Of a stretch of DNA of 64,000 bases, positions 33,384-46,669 are shown in pieces. Source of the DNA: Bugula neritina. Taxonomy: Eukaryota > Animalia > Bryozoa. Numbering within the stretch: position 1 is the first letter of the stretch; each line of letters opens with the position of its first letter. The notes beneath the pieces are model-generated. The model had not been told where the DNA came from, did no database searches, and was given only the letters and a program-made list of their open reading frames with translations. The DNA is taken from NCBI GenBank assembly GCA_964035545.1, contig OZ037766.1, positions 7,616,722-7,680,721 of the forward strand, written 5' to 3'. A program made the translations under genes and the position numbers.

Positions 33384-36300
33384 TGACTTTTAAATTTACT
33401 TTAATTTAGTATAATTATAATATTAATTAATATTAAATTAAATATTACTATTTGTATATTATATAATTTTAATTTTTAGTTTTGGAGTTAGAGTTGCACT
33501 TGGGTGTTGGAGTTAAAATTAAAGCTTAGTTTGCTGTTTGGTGATATGGAGTTAGTATAAGTATTGTTAACACTAATACTAATAGTAATAGTAATACTAA
33601 TAGTAATAGTATTACTATTACTGTTGTTATTACAGTTACTAATAGTAATACATATAGAGTTATGCTATGAAACTATTACTATTACTATTGCATTTACTGT
33701 AAATGTATTACTATTAGTATTACTATTGTTTAGGAATAACTGTAAGTCAAAGTGCAAAAGTTTGAGTAACGTTGCAAATTTATATGCTGACTATTACTAT
33801 TAGTATGTTGGGCTTAGCTTATTTGTATTTTTATGTTTTCTAGAAATATAAGTCATAATCAGAAATTAACTTTGAGTAATGGCCAAGTCCAATGCCAATG
33901 GGCAACCACAATGGTCATAACCCATGGGGCTAGACCATCTCAATAACTAACACAAGAAATATTAATTATGAAAGAAACTGAAATGAAATATTGCAGAATG
34001 AGTGTAAATTGTATTGTAAATGAGTAAAGTTAAAAAATGTTTTAGTAGTCACCTAAACTTTCAATCTCACTGTTACTTTGCCTTTTAGTATGACTAAAAT
34101 TTAATTAACAATTTCATACTATTATATTGCCTTATGACTTATGAGTGTCATAGTGATAATGACAATGACGTTGACACTTTCAGCTAAATCATAGCATGGT
34201 TTTTTTTGCTGAAATTGAATTAATTATATTCCGTTTACTTCAAGATGTTTATTTCATTTAGTTGGCCTGCTGTGTGGGAACATCAGCATGCAGTCTTTGC
34301 TGCAAATGCTGCCCTTCTTGTAAAAACTCTACAAGCACAAGAATTGTCTATGCTGTGTTTCTTCTCCTGGGAGTTATTGTCTCCTGCATTCTCCTCATTC
34401 CTGGCGTTCGTCAAGGCCTAAACAAGGTTTGCCAATACTTTTCTAAAATTCTAAAACTAGATACATTATTTTCGTACGTTGGTATGATGATTTGTAGTTC
34501 ATTCTCTAAGGATTGCTATTGGCGCAACAACTTGGTCCGAATTTTGCTCTACTCTTTGTTTTTTTTAGAACTCATAAGATGTAACTGGGTATAAATATTT
34601 CAGCCTATTGTAGGATATTCACCTGTATTTGATAGGTTCCTGGTCTGTGCAATGGGATCCAGCAGAGTCTTCCTGTTAATATTGTTAACGGGAAAGGCTT
34701 GTCTACGGGCCTTGCCAACTGTGACCTGGTGGTCGGCTACAGAGCTGTGTATGCTATCTGCTTTGGCATGGTCTGCTTCTTCACCTTCATGGCTTTGTTA
34801 ATGATCTGTGTTAAATCATCTAAAGATCCCCGAGCTAAGTTTCAGAATGGGTGAGTGTTGAAGTTATATGAACTTCACAGTATTTCATGCTGCTTCAGCT
34901 TTTTTATGTATACTTTTGATTACACATTTCTTTTTTATTTGCATACTTTTTTGTGTTAACATGCTGATGCTTTTTACCTTTAGGTTATGGCTGTTCAAAT
35001 TCATCATGTTTGTTGGTCCAATGGTTGGAGGTTTCTATCTTCCATGGGGAACCATGGCTACTCGTAAGTGCCTGCTCGTTTTATTTGTTTCTCAAATGAA
35101 TGTGTAACATTAACATTTAAGCAGTTATGCATTTGAAATTTGTATTAAATCTAAAATTTGTTACCCAACATGCTCTATACGATAAATTTCAGTTATGGTC
35201 AACCCACTGGACAAATTAAAGTGAAAACAAATAATACATAATTAAACTTTGTTTGTTTTAGCATGGATGATATTAGGCATGATCGGAGCATTTCTCTTCA
35301 TCTTGGTGCAACTGGTGCTGGTCGTGGACTTTGCTTATGCCTGGAATGAGAAGTTCTTGGAGAAAGCAGAGGAAGGAAATGGCCACAAGGGCTGGTATAT
35401 TGGTGAGTAGTTCACCAATCACTGTACTGTGTATGCTAACTTGATTTTATCTTCTACTACACTATCGAATATGTTAGTAGCAAGTTAGTGAATTATATCA
35501 CATTGTATCATCACTAGTGTGGTAGTTATACGTGCTGTATAGCATCTCTTATAAACTGGTGGGCCCACTATGAATTGAATATCACTGGATATAATGTTGA
35601 CTCATATCACAGTGTACTAAGTACGTGCTATGTACTGCCTAGTCAGGTTAAGTATGATCATCAAGTGGCACCTATGATAGACAATGCAGTATCATCATTA
35701 ATGTACTTCCATGTGCATTATGTTAAAAAATAGCTATTGTTGATTCTGCATTGTTTTTAACAGCAGAGTTTAATCAGATTTGGTATGTTTTAGTGATAAT
35801 TGGCCGCCTAAATATACCAAACCGATGTGCATGCATAGTGTGTAAGATTTGATATAGATAATATATAAGTAACTCTTTGATGTTGCAGCTCTGCTGGTAT
35901 TCACCGTACTCTTTTTTGCCATCACCCTAACTGCAGCTGGGCTTATGATCTACTTCTATGGCTTCCCGGACCAGGTAACTGGGGTTTTCCTAAATACTAT
36001 GTAGTAAATATGATTATACACTTGTGTTTATGAACTAAATGCTCAACTTCAGGTATTATGTGACATACGGTTTGAAAATTATTAAAAAAACTTGTGGTTT
36101 GGTAGAGAAAAATCAAAAGGTGTTTTATTTGTTACACTTGGTTAATAGTTGTAATTGAGCATCAGCTCAAATTTTGGCTCCAAGTGTTTTAATTTTGATG
36201 TAATATGTTCTCTTAACAGTTTTTTTGTGGCTTTCATACTATGTGTGTGTGCTTGAGCATGTGTGTATATAATTATGCATGCACACATATATAATTTATG

Positions 36301-39013
36301 TTATTTATAGAATACCGTAGTCACAGACTCCGTTCAACAAGCGTGCAATACACACAAGACCTTCGTCAGCGTCAACCTCGTTCTCATCGTCATCATTTCA
36401 ATTGTTGCTGTCCTTCCACAAGTACAAAATGGTAATCAGACACATTTAAACAAGCATTTCTTACTAAGTTACCTTGTGTGGTTTATTCTTGCTATAGAAT
36501 ATACATGTGTGTTATAGTAGACAACACACAGTACTCCAGTTGTTAATGTAGATGTGTTTGAATACATCAATTAATAGTTGCTTGTGGGAGTCACATCATG
36601 AATACATAACCCATGTGATAATGTAACAATTTCTGTTGCAGCTAATCCCAAATCCGGTTTACTGCAGCCATCAGTTATAGCTCTGTATGTGATATACTTG
36701 ACATGGTCGGCCATCAGCAATGATATTGGTATGTACCCTCCTTAGACATAGTATAACTCAGTAAAGTGGTAAAATGGGATGTAACTTGAATATCCATTAA
36801 GTAATTGGGATGTTATGATGCATTACTTCTGCATGTCTTTATTTACTCCCGCCAGCTGAGGGGTTTACAGTTTACGCTATTGTTGCCATCATAGTACTCT
36901 TGTTTATATTTATTTTACAGTTTGTATTAGTAATACACATCTTTTAAACTTGATAATATGTTGTAATTTTTAATCATGCATTTTCATGTTTTTAGTTGTG
37001 CGATTTTTTATCAAGCTTATGATAAATATATGTACATCCTATGCAAGGTATACCGATTGTATTCGTAGATTGTAATCCTTCTCTCACACAAATCTACATC
37101 AAGTTGAATGGTGGTGCCACAACTCCTAATGCTACTGCAACTTCCAACTCTACTGGTGCATTTGGCTCCCAGGTTGATGCTATCAGCATCATAAGTCTGG
37201 TCATCTGGTTTGTGGCTATCATATACTCCAGGTGAGACCACATAGTTCAGATCCGGCCCCACTTTATAATTATATTCACTAGCCACAGCTGGTTTTCATA
37301 TTTCAGTTTAGTGACCTAAAACTTGTGTAATGTTATTTCATCTAGTTTGAAATAAGTACCAATTAGTATTGTTTAGTCATTAAATAACTAGAAAAGAAGT
37401 GAAAGTCCATCTATGATTTTTTAAAACTAACATTTCCCACCCATAGCATGCCCAACTCAGCTTTAAAATAACCTGCCAAGCTTAACAGAATTGGTAGCAT
37501 TGTGACTTTCTAGTAATATCAATATATTTGGGCTGATCAGACTGTGATTCTTAGTGTTACAGTATTTGCATCAGTGTGTAGAACATAACTGTTTGCTACT
37601 TGAACTACAACATTGTATAACACAGCATGAGGAACAGCTCTCACAGTAATGTCGGAAGGCTCACTATGAAGGGAGATGGTGAAAGTGTCATATTAGCTGA
37701 TACCGATGACAAAACAAGTGAGAAGGGTGACGACGAAGATTCGGAATGGGGACAGAAAGTGTATGACAACGAGACGGAGGCTGTAGCCTACAACTACACC
37801 TTCTTCCATCTAATGTTTGTGCTTGCTTCTTTCTACGTGATGATGACTCTAACCAATTGGTACAAGTAAGTAAATATTCTCCATACTTCATTGCTGTAGA
37901 TGTATGTTAATAGCTACCAATGTATTGCATATGGATGGGAGCAGTGATTCCTAAGTTGTTTTGATACATTTAAATTTGAACCCATTTAAGGGTTCCTCCA
38001 TTAGGCAGGGTGCTGTGTAATTGTACAAACTATAATTAATCTTCAACTTTGTTATACACACATCTGTTCAAGTTTAATAAAATGAATTAACAATAGTAAT
38101 ACTGAAGGATTCAAAAATGTCTTCTGTAATTAGATAATGTAGCTGAGAATAAATGGAAGTACATCCAAAGTTAATTTGTTAATTGCTGGTGCAAATGTCT
38201 TTGACATTATGGTGTTTGTTCTAGCATTGTGTCTTGATTTCTAAGATTATCTATAGGATAAGGTTGATGAGATTAGGCAGTAAAATTTAGTCAATCTGAA
38301 TAATTTAATTTTAAAATTCCAATTTTGTCCTGTTTACTGTATTGTCTACAAGAACTGACAAGATATAATTTTCACCAAGTGAGGTGAACTCTAACTCATC
38401 AAAATTGTTTTGATGATCAATAAATTTATGGTAAAAACTAATAACTTTTATATATTTATTTGAAGTCAATGTCTTGACAGCAATTCATTTTGATGTTATA
38501 TCATGATGATGTCACCACTGGGTGAGAGCTAAATAGTGGGGTGTTTGAAACTAACTTTTAAACTAAACATAGTAACTCAGGGTGACTTTGGTAATAGTTT
38601 TGCAATTAGGCAACCATATTACACTGGTTGGTAATATATTATTGATATATAATTCGCTCCACTGGATTTTCTTCTGTGATTTTTCTCGTAAAAAGATGGA
38701 AACTTTTGTAAATTTTTGCCAAGCATGCTATAACGGGAAAATTTATCTTTAATCAAGTAACGGATGTTTATTGGTATCCTAACTTTGGGTTGGGAAGGAG
38801 TCTATGATTAGTTGATTCAACTGATGGTAAACTATTTGTCTCCATATATCAACAACCTGTTTTAGGCCTGAAATTGCACAGTCCGGTATCGTGACTCTCA
38901 CAGCTAGTAGACCAGCCATGTGGGTGAAGATTGCCTCCAGTTGGGTCTGCCTTCTGATCTACCTGTGGACACTGATTGCTCCACTTGTTCTCACTGGAAG
39001 AGAGTTCAACTAA
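33116..39013 (+). CDS. SERINC: Serine incorporator (SERINC1/3-like)
   Basis: [10 protein letters not shown]|[104 protein letters not shown] and [30 protein letters not shown] (TAA 39011-39013). Confidence 0.96.
33165..33960. repeat. Degenerate hexamer-lattice tract in SERINC intron 1
   Basis: ACTGATACTGATAGTGAT, ACTATGAGTATGACTATCAGT, (AGT)n and ACTAATAGTAAT. Confidence 0.8.
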
Positions 39014-39772
39014 CCTCACAACACATGTTCTCCCTGTGAGGTCATATGAACTGTACTCTAACAGCTCTAGATTTCATTATATCTAGACTTTATTTTATAT
39101 ATGTGTGTGTACTCAGAGCTGTGAGATGTTAACAATACCTTTGAATAATATATTTGACCCTTCAACTAATATTTTTGCTTGATTCAAGTAATTTGATAAA
39201 TTTCTAGCAACATATGATTTTCAAAGTATATTTTTGTTACTATTATTACTTGCAACGCCTGATGTGCTTGATCAAGTTGTATTATCTCTTTTTCTGCTTC
39301 ATCAATATATCTATAATAAAATAAAACATTTAAGCAAGCGATTTTATGTTCTTGGTGCAGTGCAGCAAACAATGACTTCAAGATTGTTTGTGTAAACATG
39401 CTGACTAATGAGTAACATAATTTTTGTTTCTCTGCCATAATATGTCTTTTAATAGTAATTATAAAAGCACACCAACTTCACTGATAGATATAAATGGACA
39501 TCTGATCATTTTAGCAGGAAATGGTATGTCTAGTAGTACATTAGGCTGTACAACATCATTAAACAACTCCATAAGTCTCTCAGCACTGCAATTTCATCAA
39601 CCATATTTTTTATTAGCATCAAAGTAGCTAAAATAAACCAATGACAGCTGCAAATTACTGGCATTGCTGATGATTAGAACCTGTGGAGAAACTAGTTTCT
39701 GTTCATTTATGCAGCGATTAACATTGCAGGGCTGCATGCCACACAAGCAAAATTTAGTTATGACTGAAAAAG

Positions 39773-41211
39773 CTACAGTAAAAGTTTGAAAGTGAGATTG
39801 GAGACTTTATTACCTCCACCTACTCCACCATGTATAATAACAGTATTGTTATGTAATACACAGATATGGCCAGCTCGACCAATGCCAGTTTTCCCCAAAT
39901 GCTTCCAACTGTAACTGTTTTTGATATCAATTATGTATATATCAGACACTGGTTCTTTGCTCCGTCCATCAAATGTTTCACCACCATATACTAAAATAAG
40001 ATTATCGGCTGCCAATGCACTGTGGTTCTTTCGGCCACCAGGTAATTTGGAAATAACAGGAAGACTTGCAGCAAGGTCATTTAGACCTAATATGTGTGAA
40101 GTTTGAGAAGCTGCTGATGGAATCTTATGAACTTCAAATAGCTTGTCATCACGCCCACCAACTACCAAAACAGTATTATTCACAGCTGTTGCAGTATGCC
40201 CAGATCTGGAGGCTACACCAAGTGGCATGTCATGGTAGGCATACACTCGCTTGTCAACAGAACCTGAAAACGAAACATAGAGCTATTGAGTTGGTTTAAA
40301 AAACCCGTAGGTGCAGGTTTTAGTAGATTGATTTGTAGAGAAACTGCCGATTATAAGCAAATTTCTTCTAACAGAGTATAATATATAGAAAAATAATATC
40401 TGTGCCACAGATTTTAAAATTCATCATAATTTTTTATTCTCAGAGAAAGATAAATCTAAATGCAGATACATCCCAATGACAGACTGAGTCACCAATTTCA
40501 TCAAACCTGAAAGAATAAAAGCATTGCCACTTTTTCTTTGAGTCCTGAGTCCACCTTCTCTGCCTATAATTAGTACATCTCCATTTGCCAATAAATTAGC
40601 TGTATGAGAGCTAAGACCAGCTCCAACAGGAAACCCACTCGTATCGACATCTAACCAGTCGTTAGATTCACAGTCAAACAAGTAAACCAAAGAACTTCTT
40701 TGCTTACCATTCCAACCACCTAAAATCATATAGGAGTCAAGTATTTAATAATTTGATGCTATAAGCAGTGCTCAAAACTGTTTTATATGTTATAATATAA
40801 AATAGCTAGAAGTAAATGCTATTAAGCAGGCTCATGTAAACAATAAAGTTACATAGAAATGCTAATTATAAAAGTAACCCCAAATCTGCTTTTATAAGAT
40901 TTCAGAATCAACAAATTAAACATTACAGAAAAAAGGAGTATATGAGATAAGAGATGGTTACCAATAAAAAGCAGGTGATGGTCACTAACAGCTAAACAAG
41001 TGTGGTGACTTAAGCATGGTCCATCACTGTTGATCACTTCCCATCTGTTATGGGAAATGGAAAACTTGTGTAGTAAAGAAAGTGGTTTACTGCTTCTGGC
41101 TTCTGATACTCCTCCGTGCAAGTACAAACCGTCATTAATCAGGCACCCAGCACTGAATGCAACATTTGGACCTTCACATAACTTTTCCCAAGATACTTTA
41201 CACTCGCTCAT
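39773..41211 (-). CDS. KLHDC9: Kelch domain-containing protein 9
   Basis: Three exons (about 40963-41211, 40507-40719, 39773-40263). Motifs IGGWNG, GLSSHT, GREGGLRTQRK and ASRSGH match KLHDC9 as I recall it; GG kelch repeats are present. Confidence 0.85.
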
Positions 41212-42579
41212 TATACAACATCTTGCTGTAAAGTAGAAAGTCCATGAAGGTTGAGAAATGAATTATAGGAATATAACAAAAGTACTTTTTATACTTATGT
41301 AATACTCATGATTGCTAAAGTTATTTGAAAACTTTTAATTGAAAATTCACACTTTTTGTATATTCAGTATCAGAAACCTATATAAAGGTGTGATTGTATT
41401 AATGCATGTGTGAATGTATGTGTGTGTTTGTACATGTTTATCTGCGCAAACACACAGTAATAGAACTGATATGATAGATTTGTTGTGATAGCAGAGAAAG
41501 ATCTGGTGCCCTTCTCTTAACTTTGCTTATTAAAGATGAAAAGTGAATAGTAAATGCAGCTTGATGATATCTTATACCATCCTACCACTGCAGTATTGCT
41601 GCAAGTGCATTTGTGTTTTAAAAGAATTATAAAAATAACTATAACTAATTGCTAACTACAAAAATAATGGTGCATGTATATATTACATATGTTTAGCAGA
41701 GTTGCTGCTGTTGTGCTTTATGTGATCATAATGCTTACACATGCTAGATTTAAAAGGTTGTCATAAAATATAGGAAATAGGAAATCAAACAGTAAAACTA
41801 AAGAAGCATTTACTTTACCAATGATAATTGTAGTTTTAGGTGTGCAGTACCATAAATCCTATTTTATACATTATATACAAATAATTGGTCAACGATTCTA
41901 TTAATTTCTAAAAATTTAAGAGCGGTATTGGATTGCAACAAAAAGTGCTACTTGAAATGTTCATGTAAAGCCAAAGAGTGGTTTATGTTACACGAATATT
42001 GGACAAATCTTATTTGGGAACTGTATCTTTTTATGTTGTTTTATTGTTTTATTGCTTACATAGAATAGAATATTTCTCCAAGATATAATAATGATAATGA
42101 TAATCATAATGCATTTAGTCCTAATGCAATAAGATAGATAGTATCAACGACAATTTGATAACATTATAATTGGTGCCTTATTTTTATTTTGACTTTTTGT
42201 TTAGCTCTAAAACTAAATTTAGTTTTAATCTTAATTATAGCTGTAATGATTAATACGGATTATTTTGAAGCTAATGTTTTAAAAAGTTTTAAAAAAAATC
42301 TATAATGAATAATGCAAAACTAAATAATTATAGATGATCATGATGCAAGTGTAGCTTTTGCAGAATTGGTTTTATGATTTGTTAATCTATGTTTTTGTTC
42401 TTGTTTTCAAACTTATTTAATTATTCTAGTTTCTGCCCAAAACTAAAACTATAAAAAAAACCATTTTGAGCATTAGTAAAAGCCAAACTTGCTGTTTGCC
42501 TAGTTACCAACGTTACCATGTTTCATTAGGAAGCACATTAAGTTCATTACAGGTTACATGATTCGACAAAAATAAAATA

Positions 42580-42720
42580 AGCGTGGATTGGATGCCGTTA
42601 TTAACGAACATTTATGATTGGCTTGCGAAGTTAGATCGCCCCTGATTTGGCGCTAGGATTTTCATTTGAATGACGAGTTAAGAAAATAATATTAAATATC
42701 AATGTGTGCCAAGTCAAAGT
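42580..42720 (+). promoter_or_regulatory. Candidate cell-cycle promoter (2x CCAAT, E2F site, CHR) and non-coding exon 1 of INCENP; divergent to KLHDC9
   Basis: ATTGG 42587-42591 and 42617-42621, TTTGGCGC 42646-42653, TTTGAA 42665-42670, donor GTAAGA at 42721; locally CpG-enriched. Confidence 0.6.
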
Positions 42721-42899
42721 GTAAGATATCTTTATAATTATATAGTTGTACAGTTTAATAGAAATATTAATGCATTTGCCTTTAATGAACAAGAATGGAT
42801 GAATGCGGTAGCTGACAAAATACCAATCCCAGATATTAATAATTAATTATCGATGATAATATAAATATTACATTTAAATTGAAATATTATCAAGTCAGT

Positions 42900-43500
42900 G
42901 AAGTCTTCATTCATCATTGTCATTTATGATTATCATTATGATTATCATTATGATTATGAGTGTAATTATTATATTCATTATGGTTCATCACTGATCACTA
43001 TGATTATGTTTATCAATGATTATAATAAATTTTAATTTAATTATTTTTTAAGATAATTATTGAATTTGATGTTACTCATACTGCTTAGTCTTACTAACTA
43101 TGATTATCATTATCATTATGATTACTCATAAAGTGATTACTGATAAAGACTCAAAGTTTAAGAATAACTATAACTCAAGCTGTATAACTATAAGTGATAA
43201 AGATAATCCTAATCTGATTATAATGATTATTCATAGGGATATTGATAATCATAATGATAATGTTTAAATTTAATTCATTACTATTACCGTGAGTATTACG
43301 AATAGTAATAATAATATTATCATAACGGCTATCAGTATCATAATCAATACCATTGTCATTATAATTATCATTGTGATTATCATTATCATTATGCATTTAT
43401 GGCTATCACTTAATCTTATCAGCATCACTTTAGGTGGTTGGCTTTAAGTTTACCATTGTGATCATCATTCTCATTATCATTATGATTATTCAATTTTCAA
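42900..43500. repeat. Degenerate hexamer-lattice tract in predicted INCENP intron 1
   Basis: ATGATTATCATT repeats, GCTATCAGTATC and ACTATAAGTGAT. Confidence 0.75.
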
Positions 43501-44897
43501 GATTAGGTTGATGACTTTAAGTTTGAGTTATAGATAATAGATTACATTAAACTATTGATATCTTAATTGAAGATTTGATAATGCTGTTAGTAGGTATATA
43601 ATTTTAATCTTAACAGATTATGTCTATTGTCATTGTGATTGAGTTGTAATAATAGTCAAATATTCCAAAGGTCTATGTCAATCCCTCAAATTAATTGGTT
43701 GGTTTTCTCCTGTAAGTGTTCAATTCCTATAACAATAGTGCACAAAGCGAGACCTGTGAATTATTTGTTTTGCCAGGTTGTTTTATTATTATATGAAATT
43801 ATGATTCTAATTGCACTCAATAATGGTATATATAAATGCTATATCTACTATAGACTATACACTACTATAGAATCAAATTCTTTAGTAATCTTCATCTCTG
43901 GAGTCTTGGTTAGTAGTTGGTAAAAGGGAATAATATTAAATAATGTTGGTGTTGAATATTTTTTGCTATAATTATTAAGCTTAATAATAATCACAATTAC
44001 CCACAATATTTAAATTTAAAAATTGAGTCATTTACTTTTATGTAACTTTTACAGTTAGTTCAATATTGAGGGTATGGTTCAGAAATGTGCGCTATAACTT
44101 GCCATTACTCTGAACTAGTGGACAGAATTTCATTTTACTGACATCAACTGTAAGTATTTCAACATTTAAAAATATTTGGTGCTTTACTCCTAGTGCACAA
44201 TTATCTAGTTTTAAGTTCCAATTTTTCAACACTAGTAGTTTGTTAAATTATATTCTGTGGTCAATTTTTCAGTGGTTACTAAACTTAATATACTATCTGT
44301 CTGAATATGTATTGGAGCTGTTTGAAAATGCTGATTGTCAAACGCATTTAGTATACTGCTAGTTACGTAATGCTTGTCTCTATTTTAACTATTTTTCATA
44401 ACCTCTAAAACTTTATGTCATTCAAATATGAGTCCCAAATTTAAGAAAGGCTTTATATGTTATAACATTTTGTGACCCATGGGATCAGCCAAGCTAGTTG
44501 TATAACTGCAGTTGAGTGTCAATAACACTAGCTCATGATATTTGAAGCATGAGAAGTTGAGGAGCTATAACATTAGACAGTTTAACTGAAAACCCAAGCA
44601 AAATGTTAATAACCCAATTTTATCAACATGCTTTCACTGCTTCACTTGTAAGAATCTGCTTAATACTTTTCAACCAGAATTTCCTTCTAAAGTAATTTTC
44701 AGAGAATTCAGTTTATGCTGCAATTTGATGAGTTGGGAAACTTGGGCTTTCAGGTGCAGTAGTGATTAGCTTAGTTTACCTATTTTATATTGTATATCCA
44801 TTTTATTATATAACTATATTTTAACCTACCGTACACCTACATTAACTAGGATCTTGAATCTACCGCAGCTGACGGAGATGACTATACTACACACGAG

Positions 44898-44971
44898 GTA
44901 GATGCAGTACTAATGGAGAAATTGAGAAAAGCCTTCGTTCTAGATTAGAAATGTAGCAAAAAAGTTGTGTT
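44898..44971 (+). repeat. Dispersed repeat fragment (copy 2)
   Basis: Matches 20542-20615. Confidence 0.75.
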
Positions 44972-46669
44972 ATATGCAACACCAACATTTGTAAAGAAAG
45001 TTAAAGAACTTAGGCTCTCAATTTCTTCACTACTGCATGCTCCTAAATGCTACAAGCCACAGGCATAATTAAGAAATAACAAAACTGTAACACAAGGGCC
45101 TGAATGCCAACTGCTAAAAGGCTATCTCGGTTTTTGATTGAATTATCTAGATATATATTTATTTGAGCACAATTGTTACAATTGCAATAGATGCAGTTAA
45201 CCTGTATTAGAAAATTAACTGACATGTATCAAAGCACATTTCATATTCGTTCTATACTACAAATTTAATCTGTCTATTTAATATATATCTACAACTTTGT
45301 GAGAATGCTTTTTGTGAAAATGATGAATGTTGAGGTTATAGTCTAGCTATTCTCATAGCATAAGTGTGTAAGTGTAATGAAAATGCTAACATAGCTAATC
45401 TGCTGTCTCATTCAGTGCACTAGCAGAGTAGCAGCACATTCTGACCAAAGAGTTGAAAGGTCAACAGCTATAAATTGAATATGACAGCCAGCATAACAAA
45501 TGATTAATGGGACTTATCTCATAGTTGCCAATTCAGCTTGCTCATGCAGTAACCAAAACCACAAACATGCTTTGAAGTTAATTTTTCTCAAGATTTTTGA
45601 AGAAAGAAAATTTTTCTGGAACTGCTAACCTGTGTGCTTATGCCAAAATATTAATCTCAGAAAAAATGAAACACGTACTAGCAATAGTCTTCACACAAAC
45701 CTTAAATTTCTACTGATTTTATGTGCTTGTTCTATATATCATGGAGACTAGACTACGCCCGTCTGGGAGGAGACAACTTCAAAATACTAATGTCCCCAGA
45801 GGGCTTGTGAAAAGCCTCTATTGTATGAATAATTTCCGTTTAAATATATGTAGCCAAACAATTTTCGAGCTTGTTTGCGGTTACTTCATTATGATTCAGG
45901 TAAAGGCTGAATATGTTGGTGTAAAAATATCATATGTTTACAATTTCAATGAAATTATGTATTAGTACAAAAATATCCTTTTGAATAAGATATTCCTGGT
46001 GCAAAGCCAGTCTTCGTTTCACTAATCACATGAGTATGCAGCCATTATGAATTCATTTATTCTTTTTATACTTGACTGCTTGTACAGAATTGACATTATA
46101 TGGTTATACGATGTGTAATTTCAAAATTACTTACACTGCAGACCTTTGTGTAAAAAGCAGTGATATTTTGTATATCTAATTGTAAATTTGTTGTGGGATA
46201 AAATTGTAGATTGTCCAAAGGAGACAGTGATACACTACACCATAATAGACTCGAGAAAATCTAGTGAAAGAACTTTTTACTCACCGTATTTTCTCTGCAA
46301 GCCTAAACCAAGTGAGAAAATTTATTGTTTTAGATGTCAAAGAATTATTACTCAATATGTTGCATTATTTCTTTATAAATTACCTTGCATCTGTATTCAA
46401 TATGACCATAGCAACTCGTATTTTAAACTTTGCAAATAAATTTAGAAGTAATTGCTCAACAATGTTCAGTGTAAGCTGAATCCTCAGCTTATGAGAGTCT
46501 GTGGTTGATTGGCTTCTTATCACCCTAAATCTTACATAATATATGTAAACATGTACACTGCTTTTGTATTTGCTATTTGTAATAATGTTGAGCATACCAT
46601 TGATTTTTGTGATCAATTTCTTCCCTGATGCTGATAGTCAAATAAGTCTTACTATTTGCTATCTACAGC

